Part shown: piece by piece, positions 32,761 through 44,589 of the stretch
Layout of the letters: each line of letters begins with the position of its first letter
How positions within the stretch are numbered: the stretch's first letter is position 1
Assembly: GCA_977017645.1 (NCBI GenBank)
Contig: OZ360220.1
Coordinates: 214,644,001 to 214,708,000 of the forward strand
Direction of reading: 5' to 3'
DNA: 64,000 nucleotides
Source: Torpedo marmorata
Taxonomy: Eukaryota
Program-made: the position numbers and the translations under genes
The notes under the pieces: generated by a model
Databases searched by the model: none
What the model was told of the DNA's origin: nothing
What the model saw: the letters and a program-made list of their open reading frames with translations, nothing else

Positions 32761-34714
32761 CCGTATATTTCAGCGTATAAGTCGAGTCTTGAAACCCTCA
32801 AAAATCTCTCAAAAAACGGGGGTCGACTTATACACCGGATATACTTTTGAGACCTTAAAATCAGCTCAAAAACCACTCCACGCCAATTCGGCGTATAAGT
32901 CGACCCTTGAAAACCCGATTCGGTGTATAAGTCGACCCTTGAAAACCAGATTCGGCGTATAAGTCGACCCTGGAAAATCCGATTCGGCATATAAGTCGAC
33001 CCTTGAAAAACCAAAAAAAAACCCGACTGCAACAAATTTTAATTGATATTTTTATTAAAAACAACAAGACATTTAGAACCCTTCAAAATCACTTTCGCTA
33101 TCATCGTCTGAGGCAAAGATCTCGGCAAGCACATCCGGGGTCTCACTGTTTAAACAGTCATCGTACGGGTTCCAGTCTGTATCTGATGAGGCGGCTTCAG
33201 CTTCGTCGTCAGTGTCCCACAATAAATCATCTTCCGTTCCATCAATTGCACAAGAGATACCACACTTTTTAAACGATTTTATTACAGTCTCTACTTTCAC
33301 TTTGTCCCATGCCTTGAGCACGAAGTCACACAGCACATCAAGCGATGCAGCACGCATTGCCCCGCCTTTTGTAAATGATTTTTCTGCACTCGACATCCAT
33401 GTATTCCACTCTTCACGCACATGGTCTTTGAATGGCTTGTTCAAGCAGACATCGAGAGGTTGCAATATAGACGTCAAACCACCCGGGATAACCGCCATGT
33501 AAGTATTATGTTGTGCTAATCTACTTTTAGTCTTCTCAGTTAAGTGGCTACGAAACATATCCCAGACCAGCAAACTCCGTTCCTTGCGTAAACCGCCTGG
33601 CCGCCTGTTCCACACATTGTCTATCCATAGTTTTACACCATTTTCATCCATCCATCCTTTTTCATGAAAATGTACAAAAATACCCGCAGGGAATTTTATT
33701 TTAGGTTTAAATTTACGTTTGAAGATTACCATGGGTCTTAACTTTGTCCCGTCGGCCATGCACGATAACACCACGGTAAACCTGGTCCTTTCATGGCCTG
33801 TACTCCTGGTTTGCACAGTTTTCACACCTTTCCATTCCACTGTTCTATTGCCTATCATGTCAAAATTCATGGGGGTTTCTTCCATGTTTCCAATATTTGC
33901 CAATGCAAACTTGTGTTTCTGCCGGTTACGTAAAATAAACTGGTGAAAACTTACAACTTTATGATCAAGATCTTTTGGTAGTTTCTGAGCAATTTTTGTT
34001 TTTTGTCGTAATACCAGATTTTTCCTGTTCATGAAACGGTTGCACCAGCCTACTGTAGCTTCAAAATCATTACTGAGTTCTGGGTGCGACTTTGCCCACT
34101 TCAGTGCAAATGTTCTTATTTTATTTCGGGTGACTATGTAGCAATCTTGCCTCTGTTCACGTACCCATGCTGCGACATGATTTTCCAACTCTGGCCAACG
34201 AGTGATTCCTCTTCTCATCGAACATTGCCTTTTTGGTATTTTTCTTAAAGTATCTTCTTTCTTCCTCCAATCTCTTACCAACTTCTCATATATATCAAAT
34301 TTTCTTGCAGCAGCACAGTTGTTGGTTTTCTTGGCCATTTCTATCACTTTTAATTTAAAACTCGCCTCATACTTTCGTCGTTTCAATTGAGCCTCCATGA
34401 TAACAATCACCTCCAGCCAACGCCCAGCAGCTCAATCAGCGCGATCGTTGTGGGTCGACCTATACGCCGGTCAACACCCAGCAGCTCAATCATCGTGATT
34501 GTTGTGGGTCGACCTATACGCCGGTCAACGCCCAGCAGCTCAATCATCGCGATTTTTGGGGGTCGACTTATACGCCGGTCAACGCTCAGCATCTCAGGCA
34601 TCGTGATTTTTGGGGGTCGACTTATACGCTGGATATACAATAAAACCATTAAAATGAGGCTGAAAAAGGGGGGTTGACTTATCTGCGAGTCGAGTTATAC
34701 GCCGAAATATACGG
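32761..34714 (-). mobile_element. Complete pogo-superfamily DNA transposon, Passer/POGK-like (DD35D), 1954 bp
   Basis: TA TSD at 32759-32760 and 34715-34716; TIRs CCGTATATTTCAGCGTATAAGTCGA / TCGAGTTATACGCCGAAATATACGG; subterminal repeat arrays; single transposase ORF. Confidence 0.96.
33073..34398 (-). CDS. pogo transposase (Brinker-type DBD, CENP-B/Tc5 HTH, DDE_1 domain, acidic tail), 441 aa; first catalytic D replaced by E
   Basis: KRRKYEASFKLKVI...AAARKF; WPELE..V..WV; GWCNRFMNR; IGNMEETP (consensus NMDETP); LVWDMFRSH; 35 residues to LQPLDVCLNKPFK; no stops or frameshifts. Confidence 0.95.
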   Translation of the reverse strand: MEAQLKRRKYEASFKLKVIEMAKKTNNCAAARKFDIYEKLVRDWRKKEDTLRKIPKRQCSMRRGITRWPELENHVAAWVREQRQDCYIVTRNKIRTFALKWAKSHPELSNDFEATVGWCNRFMNRKNLVLRQKTKIAQKLPKDLDHKVVSFHQFILRNRQKHKFALANIGNMEETPMNFDMIGNRTVEWKGVKTVQTRSTGHERTRFTVVLSCMADGTKLRPMVIFKRKFKPKIKFPAGIFVHFHEKGWMDENGVKLWIDNVWNRRPGGLRKERSLLVWDMFRSHLTEKTKSRLAQHNTYMAVIPGGLTSILQPLDVCLNKPFKDHVREEWNTWMSSAEKSFTKGGAMRAASLDVLCDFVLKAWDKVKVETVIKSFKKCGISCAIDGTEDDLLWDTDDEAEAASSDTDWNPYDDCLNSETPDVLAEIFASDDDSESDFEGF

Positions 34715-35904
34715 TAAATGCCGCTGTTGGTTAAAACTGGCAACTGTTGGCTTTGTATTGAGTGCAACAGTCTTGGAATGATGATATGACCACTTGGGTG
34801 ACCGTCATTTCAAAACTTTGGAGGGACACAAACCATTGTCAAAATGTGGAAGCTTGGTTTTGCAAGTGATGTGGGTGGGGCTGGATTCGGAACTACCTGT
34901 GCATCAGTGACCAGGCGGGAATGTTGACGGGCTGAGCTGGTTTCAGATTACGAGTCCTGTAATTACAATTTTGTTTTAGATCTGGCCCTGGCAGCAGTTA
35001 TGATTGCAGCTGGCAGGGTGGGAGAGGCCAGTCCACTGTCCATGGGCTGGTGGTGAGAATTGATCTGCCTTCGAGGTTTCTGCTCACACTGGTCACACCG
35101 TGAGCAGCCTGGAGCCTGGATCGTCACTCATAGAACCCTTTGATGCTTATCCAGCGTCCCCTTTAAAGCACCAAGATATCTATTTCAGCCATTTCCAGTG
35201 GAAGCGAGTTCCACATTCCTGAAATTCATTGGGTCGAGGTTTTTCTTCTAAACTGCTTTGGATTTCTTAGTGATTGGCTTCTATTGATAGCCTCTAGTTA
35301 TACTTTTATCCTTCCAGTATTCACTGCATCAAACCTTTCTGATAATTTTGAAAAACTTTATTTTATTTTACCCCTCCGCCTTCTTTCCTCAAGAAGAGAC
35401 CTAATAGCACCTCATTGCCATAAGGCTGTCACTGTCAGTGGACTGCATGCAAGTTGATCTGTGACTCTGTTGCAACCTAGTTGAGTCTTCCGTATTGCGG
35501 CACAAATGAGGGCAGTGGGTCCATCAAGTCCAAGCAGGCTCCCAGCAGTTATTCCATTCCTCCTCTTTATTTCATTGAACCCCTGCAACCTGTACACTCA
35601 TTCCGCTCACCTTCCCTTTTAATCTTTTGCTAATTACCTATATTAGAGGTAATTTATAGAAACCAATGAACTTATAACCATGTCTTTAGGACATGGGAGG
35701 AAAGTAGGGTATCTGGGGAAATCCATGTGAACGTAAGGGGAATTTGGGTTAAAGCCATCTTATTTTCCCCATCTGCATAGATTCCTACACAGGTCCAAGG
35801 TCAGGGTCAGAGTGAAAACTATGTTAGTTTTTGGATTAGGACAGGAACTTAGGGTTATAGTTATTTTACATGGAAAGGAAATCCTTACTAAAAGAAATTT
35901 TCTC

Positions 35905-36722
35905 ATAGAACATAGGACATAGATATCTACAGCCCACAATGTTGTGCCGACCCAGTAACCTACTTTAACTGCTGCCTAGAATATCCCACTTCATAATCCT
36001 CCATTTTTCTCAATTCCATGTACCTATCTAATAGTCTCTTAAAAGATCTGATTGTACCAGCCTCCACCAACGTTGCTGGCAGTGCATTCCATGCAGCCAC
36101 CATTCTCTGTGTGAAGAACTTACCTCAGTAGAGAGGGTAAAGAACTTCAAATTCCTGAGTGTCAACATCTCTGAACATTCGAACCATAGAACATTACAGT
36201 ACAGAAACAGGCCCCTTCGGCCCTTCTAGTCTGTGCCAAACTATTTTTCTGCCTAGTCCCACTGACCTGCACCCTGACAATAGCCCTCCATACCTCTCCC
36301 ATCCATGTACCTGTCCAAATTTTTCTTAAATGTTAAAATTGAGCCCACTTCAGCTTGCAGCTCATTCCACACTTCCACCACTCTCTGTGTGAAGAAGTTC
36401 CCCCTAATGTTCCTCCTAAACTTTACCCCTTTCACCCTTAACCCATGTCCTCTGGTTTGTATCTCACCTACCCTCAGTGGAAAAAGCCTATCTACATTTA
36501 CTCTTTATCCCCCTCATAATTTTCAATACCTCTATCAAATCTCCCCTCATTCTTCTATGCTCCAGGGAATAAAATCCTAACCTGTTTAGCCTTTCCCTGT
36601 AACTCAGTTCCTGAAGTGCTGGCAACATCCTAGTAAATCTTCTCTGCACTTTTTCTATCTTATTGATATTTTTCCTGTAGTTAGGTGACCAAAACTGAAC
36701 ACAATACTCCAAATTGTGCCTC
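35905..36722 (-). mobile_element. Two HER1 3' ends (35905-36125 older; 36177-36722 younger) separated by a short Rex1 scrap
   Basis: LEYCVQFWSPNYRKNINKIEKVQRRFTRMLP, FFTQRVVEVWNEL; CATAGAA-type tails. Confidence 0.88.
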
Positions 36723-37454
36723 ATGGTGAGAAGGAAATAATTGGATTTCCATTGCACCTTTCACAAGATCAGATTGACCCTAACATTCTTCACAGCTACA
36801 AAATTAAGTGTTTCAAGCTTTGGAATTTGTGAAATTAGGCTGCCAATTTTGACAAGCAAGATCCCACATTCAGCAATATGACTCCGTTCAAATCCGTTTT
36901 GATGTTGAATTGGAACACAATAGAATCAGGGCTCCAGGAAAAATCTCTCCTTCGCTAATTCAATGTCATTGGAGAAAATTGTTTATCCCCTCATCTAAAA
37001 GTCCACCTCTCTGACACAGTGGCATATCATGAATTCTGCCTTGAAGCCCAGACCAATGACCTGCAAACATGAATTGTAATCCACTATTTCAATCTTGGGG
37101 TTTGACAACTTAATTAAATGGATCATGGATAATATAGCAGGCATTAGTAGTGATGACCATTAAATTATTGAACTGTTATAAAAAACAATCTGGTTTGCTC
37201 AGGCCTGTTGGGGAAAGACATCCCAACCTTGGCCATGGCCACTACCATGTGACGTAAAAGCTCAGCAGTGGTTGACTCTTGGCCATCCTCTGAAATGGCT
37301 GTTCAAGAGTAATTTGGATGTGCAGTAAATGCTGATCTTATGATCAGCAGCCAGATGCTAGGGAGCTGAAAATAACAGTGATAAGTGGGTTCTTCCTAAG
37401 CCTGTATATTGGTTATTACAGGATTGTGGAGAGCACATCAATTCATGCAATCAT

Positions 37455-37645
37455 TGTCTGAAGACACAAGAGATCACAAATGCTGAAATCTGGAGCAAAA
37501 TACAAACTACTTAGAGGAACTAAATGGGTCAGGCAGGGGAAGGAATTGTCGATACCTGTGTAGGGTCTCAATCTGAAACGTCGATGTTTCCTCCCTCCAC
37601 AGATGCTGCTCAACCCGTTGAGCTCCAACAGCAGTTTGTTTTTAT
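37455..37645. mobile_element. Head-to-head pair of Penelope termini (short imperfect palindrome)
   Basis: Left arm ATGCTGAAATCTGGAGCAAAATACAAACTAC..GAGGAACT..ATGGGTCAGGCAG; right arm CAGATGCTGCTCAACCCGTTGAGCTCCAACAGCAGTTTGTTTTT. Confidence 0.65.
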
Positions 37646-38439
37646 TGAATGATAGTCTGGTTTTATGTGTGGGTTAGACGTGGCAAAACACAGAAGTCCA
37701 GGCACAAGGATAAATTTATTTTTGTTTAAATCTGCACTGATTCAAATCACATAATTAAACCAAGGAACACTCTTTTGAGGTCCAAGTTCAATCATAGTTT
37801 CTGCATTGCTACATAATCTGCTATTCTTTTCTGGATCCTTTCTGCTGCTGTCTCATTGACTCTGGTTACTGTCATGAGGTAATAGTGGGAATCAGTGAAT
37901 GCAAAGAATTTCACTGACAGAACGCATGTGACCTCAGCTCCATGGTCTCTTATTGTGGAAATGTACATAATCTTAATTTAGTCTCCCCACAGAAATGTGG
38001 TAGGAATTGGAACTTGTGAGGCAATCTGGGAAATAATAGGTTAAATATTAGTAAGGAAACAAGCTGAATTTCCATAGGACAAGACAGAAGAAAAATCTCT
38101 CAGTTCCCTTTGGATCTCCATTTAAAATGATATAAAGTAACTATATAATTACTCTCCAAGCACTCCCCAAGTAGCCCCTCCCTAGCCCATGACCTCTCCC
38201 ATCACAGATGACAAAGGCAATAGGCACAAGGGAACATCTCCACTTCAGGTCCCTCTCCAAGCCGCACTTCCAATCTTGAGTTGGAAATATATCTTGAATT
38301 GCCATGGGGTCTAAATCCTAGTACTCCCTCCAAAAGCACTCTAGGATCACTTTCATCAGAAATTCATGGAAAAACAGGGACAAGCAATGAATGCCGGCCT
38401 TGCCATTAATGCCCACAGCCATTTAATAGACATTTAAGA

Positions 38440-39500
38440 TTTCCTGACTGAGAATTGGTGACACCATCTCTCCATGATAATCCTCAAACACCCATCAAGA
38501 CTGTGTACTTGACCTCTTACTATACTCCCTACAACTCATGACTGTGTGGGCAGACACTGCACTAACTCTCATCTTCAGGTTTGCAGATGACACCACCTAG
38601 ATTTGAAATAACAATGAGATGGACTATTAGAAGGAGATAGGGAGACTAGTGACATGGTGTGGGGATAATGTTCTCTATCACTGTATCTTGGTATATGTGA
38701 CAGTAAACCTGAACTTGTACCAAACCTCAATGTCAGCAAAACTAAAGAGCTCACCATTGACTCCAGGAAATGGAGAGGAGCACATATGTTGAGTTGGGGA
38801 TGATGGAGAGCTTCAAGTTCTTAGGAGTAAATATCACCAACAACCTATGCTGGCCCACCACATCAATTTTACAACCAAGAAATTGCACCAAAGACTCTAC
38901 TTTATAAGAAACCTGAGTAAATTTAGCATGTTCCTGTGATCTCTTACTAACTTTTACAAATATGCCATAGAAAATATCCTGTCCAGATGCATCACAGCTT
39001 GGCATGGGAATTGCTCTACCCAAGACTGCAAGAAACTGCAGAGAGTTGTAAATGCAGCCCAGGTCAGCACACAAACCAACGTCCCCTTCCTTCTGTTTAT
39101 ACCTCTGTTGTCTCGGGAAAGCTGCTAACATATTAAAGGACTTTTCTAACTCCAGTCAAACTCTCATTTCCCCTCTTTTGATGGGTAAAAAGTACATGTG
39201 CTTCAAAATATTAAGCTCTAGATTCAAGGGCAGTTTCTTTACCGCTTTTATCAGTCGCTAGAATGGAACTCTCACTGGTAAAAGATGATGCCCTTGCATT
39301 GTTTTTAACTGTGGTTTTCTCCATACCCTGCACTATATTTTTGTAATTTTCTCTATATCCTGCACTGTTTTATTTATTGTAACATTAATCCCTGCACTAT
39401 TTAACTTTAATTATTGCACTACCTAAGTTGACTTGCCTAGATAGCACACAAAACAAAACTTTTCACTGTATCTAGGTATACGTGATGATAAACAATTCAA
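38440..39500 (+). mobile_element. Rex1/Babar LINE fragment (RT to 3' end)
   Basis: Decayed LYSLQTHDC, FADDTT, LNVSKTKEL, FKFLGVNIT; tail AAAACTTTTCACTGTATCTAGGTATACGTGATGATAAAC. Confidence 0.85.
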
Positions 39501-40124
39501 TCGGTTCATGAAAAATCCCCATTTGTCATTAAACCAGAGGACCACCCCTGTGATTCTCATTTTGATGCCATTTAGGATGCATTGGGCCACGGTCAGCTAA
39601 GGTCAGCTACCCATTGCGACCCTCTTTTCCATCGCACACAACCTTCAAACTCTGTGTTACTAGCAAGGTTCAATAACTGGAATAATCTTCTCTCTAACTA
39701 TATGTCTGCATGAGATATACACTGGCAAAATCTAGCATCCACATACATGGAAGGTTCTTAGAGCTGAGTATTAGATGGGCCAGGTTAAAGGCAAGAGATA
39801 CTCAATTGGTGACAGGCATCAGTGGAAGGGCACCCCACCCACTAACTCTCGCACAGCTGTCAGCCCATTGGTCCAACCAACTCTGCTGTGAGGATTTCCA
39901 CACTGGAATTTGAACTGATACTTCTTTAGAAGAACATATTGCTTTTCTTGATGAGCTCTGTCCAGGTAATACCTGTGACCTGAATTCAGATGCTGGTCTC
40001 TCATTTCTATTATTCCCTCTGAAACCTTGTTAAAGTGAATAGTTCAGTCTGAAGGGAGTGCATGCTACATAAGTTTGTGATTTATAGACCAAGGAATGAT
40101 CTGATGCTGGACTGTACTCCAGCA

Positions 40125-40420
40125 TTTCTTTCATTCTTTCTGCTTTTTTTCTCTCTCTCCCTCTTTCTCCATTTCTTTCTCTTTTTGTTTCTCTCCCTCT
40201 CCAAATGCCTCATTCCTCTCTCCATAGAACATAGAACCATAGAACATTGCAGCACAGAAACATCCTTCTCTCTCTCCCTCTCTCTTTCCCTCTCTTCCTC
40301 TCCCTCTCTCTTTCTCCCCCTCTCCCTCTCTCTTTCTCTCCCACCCTGTTTTTCTCTCTCCCTCTTTCTCTCCAACCCGCTTTTTCTCCTTCTCTCTTTC
40401 TCTCCCTCTCTTTTGCTTTC
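40125..40420. repeat. CT-rich low-complexity tract containing a ~40-bp HER1 tail scrap at ~40223-40262
   Basis: CATAGAACATAGAACCATAGAACATTGCAGCACAGAAACA is embedded in pyrimidine repeats. Confidence 0.85.
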
Positions 40421-41109
40421 TTGATTCCTCTATGCCCTACCCCCATACCTTGCTCTCATGACCAGAAGACAACAGTAGCTGCCTGGTGCAGATCAGTTGA
40501 AAGGTGCCTTTTGCTTGCCTGAAAACATGTCAGGCTTTACAGGTTTGTTGTTTTACACTGAGGGTGCAGCCATCGTCTAAAAGTATTGATTCTTTTCTTG
40601 TACAAAGACAGAACCTGTCAACTAAACAGCCTGACCTTGGTAGAGCTCAGACAACTATTCCCGACATAGCCTGAAGGACAGATCCCACAGGAAAAGTGCA
40701 GCCAAGATAAGACGATGTCCATTTCACACGGAATGCACAGTGAACCCAGTCTGTACCCTCAGGAGGGCAATGGGGTTTCTATGTCACATTCTCAGAAATG
40801 ACAGGGCTTCAATTTCACAGGAATAACTCTCAGAATGAAAAATAATGCTTGAGATGTTTCAAATTGTACTTTGACCCTTTTATTTTATTTCTGAAACATA
40901 ATGTTATTTCTAAGGATCCTTTAACAACCTCAGTATATCCTAACGTCCTCTGCAGTCAATTTGAAGTGAAGTTACTCTTGTTAATGTGCCAATTTGTGTG
41001 CAGCAATCTCCCACTAAAACAATATTGTGGGAATAACTTTTAAACTGATATGTTGGTAAAGAGATGACTATTGGTGGCAGGATATGGGCACTATTGGTTT
41101 AATATGAAA

Positions 41110-41250
41110 GGGCGGCATGGTTAGCGTAGCGGTTAGCGCAACGCTGTTACAGTGCCAGCGATCGGGACCGGGCTTTGAATCCAACGCTGTTTGTATGTTC
41201 TCCCCGTGTTTGCGTGGGTTTTCCCCAGAGGCTCTGATTTCCTCCCACTA
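41110..41250 (+). mobile_element. V-SINE 5' half, cut by L1
   Basis: GGGCGGCATGGTTAGCGTAGCGGTTAGC...TTTCCTCCCAC, then the L1 3' end. Confidence 0.88.
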
Positions 41251-41251
41251 T

Positions 41252-43590
41252 TGTTTTTAAAACATTTTATTGAGTTCAACATATAAACATGTATACAAGA
41301 AAAAAAAATGTGAACATATATTCGTACAAATTCAAAGGAAAAGCAAACAAATGGAACTACCGTACGTAGCCAGTTCCTAAGTTTAAATATAAAACAAGTT
41401 ATGAATATGCTATAAATTCATGTTAAAACTCGTATTCCAAATTATTGACTAAAATGAAAAATATAAAAAAAAGTTTTTAAATTTTTTTTAAAAACCCCTA
41501 AAAACTAATTCTAATCTAACCCCTCCCTCTATTCAAGGTTACCTTTATAAAAAAAGAAAAGAGAAAATGGATCAGATAGCGACCTCCAGATCTCGGACAG
41601 AGAATCCTCGAAACATTCACGTTTATTAATTCTTCCAATCATGATAGTATTCTATAAATGGGCCCCATATCTTTAGAAATTGAAACTTTCTATCTTTAAT
41701 ATTATACAGCACCAATAGCCTGAATACGACTGGGATTGTCTGATCTCAGAAGCTAAGCAGGCACAGGACTGGTCAGTACTTGGAGGGGAGACCGCCAAGG
41801 AACACCAGGTGCTGTAAGTTTCTGTGAGGGGCGCTGGACAAAATAGCGACCCTTTGTCTGCCTTACGGTAGACAAAAATTATAGAATTTCATGTATGTTA
41901 CATTCTAAATGTAGTATTACGTGACAATAATGGAACCTTTACCTTTTTTTAATCTAATTTTCTCCATGTTCAGATAAGACATTACATCCTGTAACCACTG
42001 TCTATGTATAAAATTTTCTCCTGAGATGCAGACAGAAGTATATTTGGTTCACGTGAAAAACCAAACAAAGCAATTATCGGACATGGTTCTATTTTAATCT
42101 TAAAAATTGTTGATAAAGTTTGAAAAATATCTATCCAAAACCTCTCTAAATTTGGACATTCCCAAAACATATGAATCAGTGAGGCTTCAAAAATTTTACA
42201 CTTCTCACATAGTGGATCAATATCTGCATAAAAATGAGATAATTTAAGTTTAGACATATGGATTCTATGTACCATCTTAAATTGTAATAAACAATGTCTT
42301 GCACAGAAAGAAGAGGTGTTAATCAAGCTAAGAGTATGATACCTGTCTTCATCTGAAAATGTTATATTCAAATCACGTTCCCACTCATTCTTAATCCCTG
42401 CCATAGATGCTGATCTTATATCCAATAAATCGTTATATATGCATGATGTTAATCCACGCTGAAAAAAGAACCGTAAATTAAACAATGAATCGAGAAAGTT
42501 AGTATTTGAAATTCGAGGAAAATCTGATAATTTGGACTGAACAAAATGTCTAATTTGTAAATATTTAAAAAAATGTCTATTAGTAAGATTAAATTTATCT
42601 ACCAGTTGTTCAAAAGATGCAAAGTTATCTCGAATAAAAAGATCATTATAACTATGAATTCCCATTCTATACCATTCCGTAAATCCTGCGTCCAACACAG
42701 ATGGCTGGAAAAGATGATTATCTATAATAGGACTAGCCAGAGAAAAACCAAAAAAATTTCTAAACTGAGCCCATATTCTCAACCTATATCTCAATAACGG
42801 ATTATGAGTTAATTTGGAAAAGGATAATGGTAAAGAGGATCCCAAAATTGACGACTTAGATGTCTTTTTTGAAAACTTCAGTTCCATTTCCATCCAGGAA
42901 GGGCGAATAACTAACTTATCAAAATACAATAATAAAAGCAAATTACGAATATTAATCGCCCAATAATAAAACCTAAAATCTGGAAGTGATAACCCTCCAT
43001 TTCTTTTAATCTTTTGAAGATGGGTTTTGTTTATGTGTGCTTGTTTTCCCTGCCATATATACGAAGAAAGGACCGAGTCTAATGAAGTAAAAAAAACCTT
43101 AGGAATAAAAATTGGTAGGGCTTGGAAAAGATAGAGAAATTTAGGCAAAATATTCATTTTAATTGAATTGATACGACCCATCATTGTGATTGATAAGGGT
43201 GACCAACCTGATAATAATGGTTTAATCTTATTAAGTAGTACCCAGAAATTCTCTTTCATTAAATTTTTATGACTTTTTGTAATTATAATTCCTAAATATT
43301 GGAATTGGTCATTCACTATTTTAAATGTAAAATTATAGTAACTAACAAGAGGTCCTCTTGAAGGCAGTAATTCACTCTTATGTAAATTTAATTTATAACC
43401 TGAAAATTTACTAAATTGAGTGAACAAAGTTAATATATTTGGTATAGAAATCTCAGGATTTGAAATAAAAAGCAATAAATCATCTGCATAAAGAGATACT
43501 TTATGTTCAATTCCACATCTAGTTACACCTTTAAATTCTCTACACTGTCAGAGAGTGACAGCCAGAGGGTCTAGTACTATATCAAAAGAA
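41252..43590 (-). mobile_element. 5'-truncated L1-clade LINE (RT YADD to 3'UTR), interrupted by a 5S SINE
   Basis: KVSLYADDLLLFI near 43470-43500; ORF 41982..43475 with FSGYKLN..KSE, GRINSIKMNILPKFLYLFQALP, GGLSLPDFRFYYWA, CEKC-x7-IHMFWEC; ends MEKIR/YNIKDRKFQFLKIWGPF; minus-strand AATAAA near 41270. Confidence 0.92.
41705..41946 (+). mobile_element. 5S rRNA-derived SINE (SINE3 class), copy 1
   Basis: About 115-nt 5S-like head with A box AGCTAAGCAGG and C-box region GTACTTGGAGGGGAGACC, then ~110-nt body ending GTGACAATAATGGA(ACCTTT)n. Confidence 0.92.
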
Positions 43591-43926
43591 TGTCATTGGT
43601 ATGTCAATATAGATTTTAATGTTCAATCTTCTGGGGTGGGCCTTTAACCCAGAGCTGGCATCCCACACACAAAAAAATTAAGTATGTTAATTAGGGAATA
43701 ATATTGAGTCAATACCAATTTCTCTGTCCGCAAAGTCCCCGTCTGAACATCTTTTCAGAAGTGATTGTGCAAGCCCTATCAGTGGAAAGTGACTTTGAAT
43801 TCAGGCAGAAGATAGAGTTCATTAGACCAGTCAACATTTTGTGCAGAGAGAATCAGAGGTAATATGAAAGCATCAGCCTGAAATAATAACTCTCATAACA
43901 GATGCTGCTTGACCGGCTGAATGTTT

Positions 43927-44172
43927 AAATTTAAATTTAGAGATGTAGCACAGTAACAGGCCATTCCAGCCCACGAGACCGTGCTGCCCAAATACACTGA
44001 TTAACCTACAAACCCTGTACATTTTGGAGGCTGGGAGGAAACCAGAGCACCCAGATTAAACATGTGCAGGTCATGGGGAGAACGTACAAACTCCTTACAG
44101 ACAGCATCGGATTGAAACACAGGTCGCTGGAGCTATAATAGTGTTGTGCTAACTGCTATGCTAACCGTGCTG
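43927..44172 (-). mobile_element. Full-length V-SINE inserted in a Penelope terminus
   Basis: tRNA head, V-domain and tail on the minus strand; flanks rejoin as GACCGGCTGAATGTTT|CCAGCATTTCTG; probable TGTTT TSD. Confidence 0.88.
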
Positions 44173-44589
44173 TGTTTCCAGCATTTCTGCTTTCATTTCT
44201 CATTTCTAGCATCTGTAGATTTTTGATTTTTGAATAATCTGCTTCTGTCAAGCAAAAATCTCTCTGGTGGAAATTTGGCTCAGAGACTTGCTCATGTCCA
44301 TTGCTTATCCATCTTCTTTCCTTCAGATCCTGGTGGAACCGTTGTTCCTTTGTGTACCTCATTGCTTTTAATTTTTGTTTCAGATTTTAGCTCTGTATTC
44401 TTCAGTGCATGAGCAGTGAGCATGGCTCTGTTTCAGTGCTAACACTGAATTAGTATTTACTGCAGAAGGTTGCACAGTTGGATTTCTATTTCTTAAGGTG
44501 CAAATATTGTTAATTTCACTCTTTCCTCCATGCTTATTTCTATGCATTTGGAACAGTTTATGGATTGACAATATCTTTGGAAAACACAG

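Noticed and set aside
33073-34398. Domesticated host gene POGK
   Set aside because: Intact TIRs and TA TSD, no KRAB exon: this is a transposon copy.
32886-34630. CRISPR-like arrays flanking a nuclease ORF
   Set aside because: The spacers are near-identical, so these are plain tandem repeats of the TIR motif inside a eukaryotic pogo element; no cas genes are present.
41705-41822. Functional 5S rRNA gene (also 53671-53790)
   Set aside because: Many substitutions, an altered 5' end, no T4 terminator right after the head, not in a tandem array, and fused to a shared body and tail.
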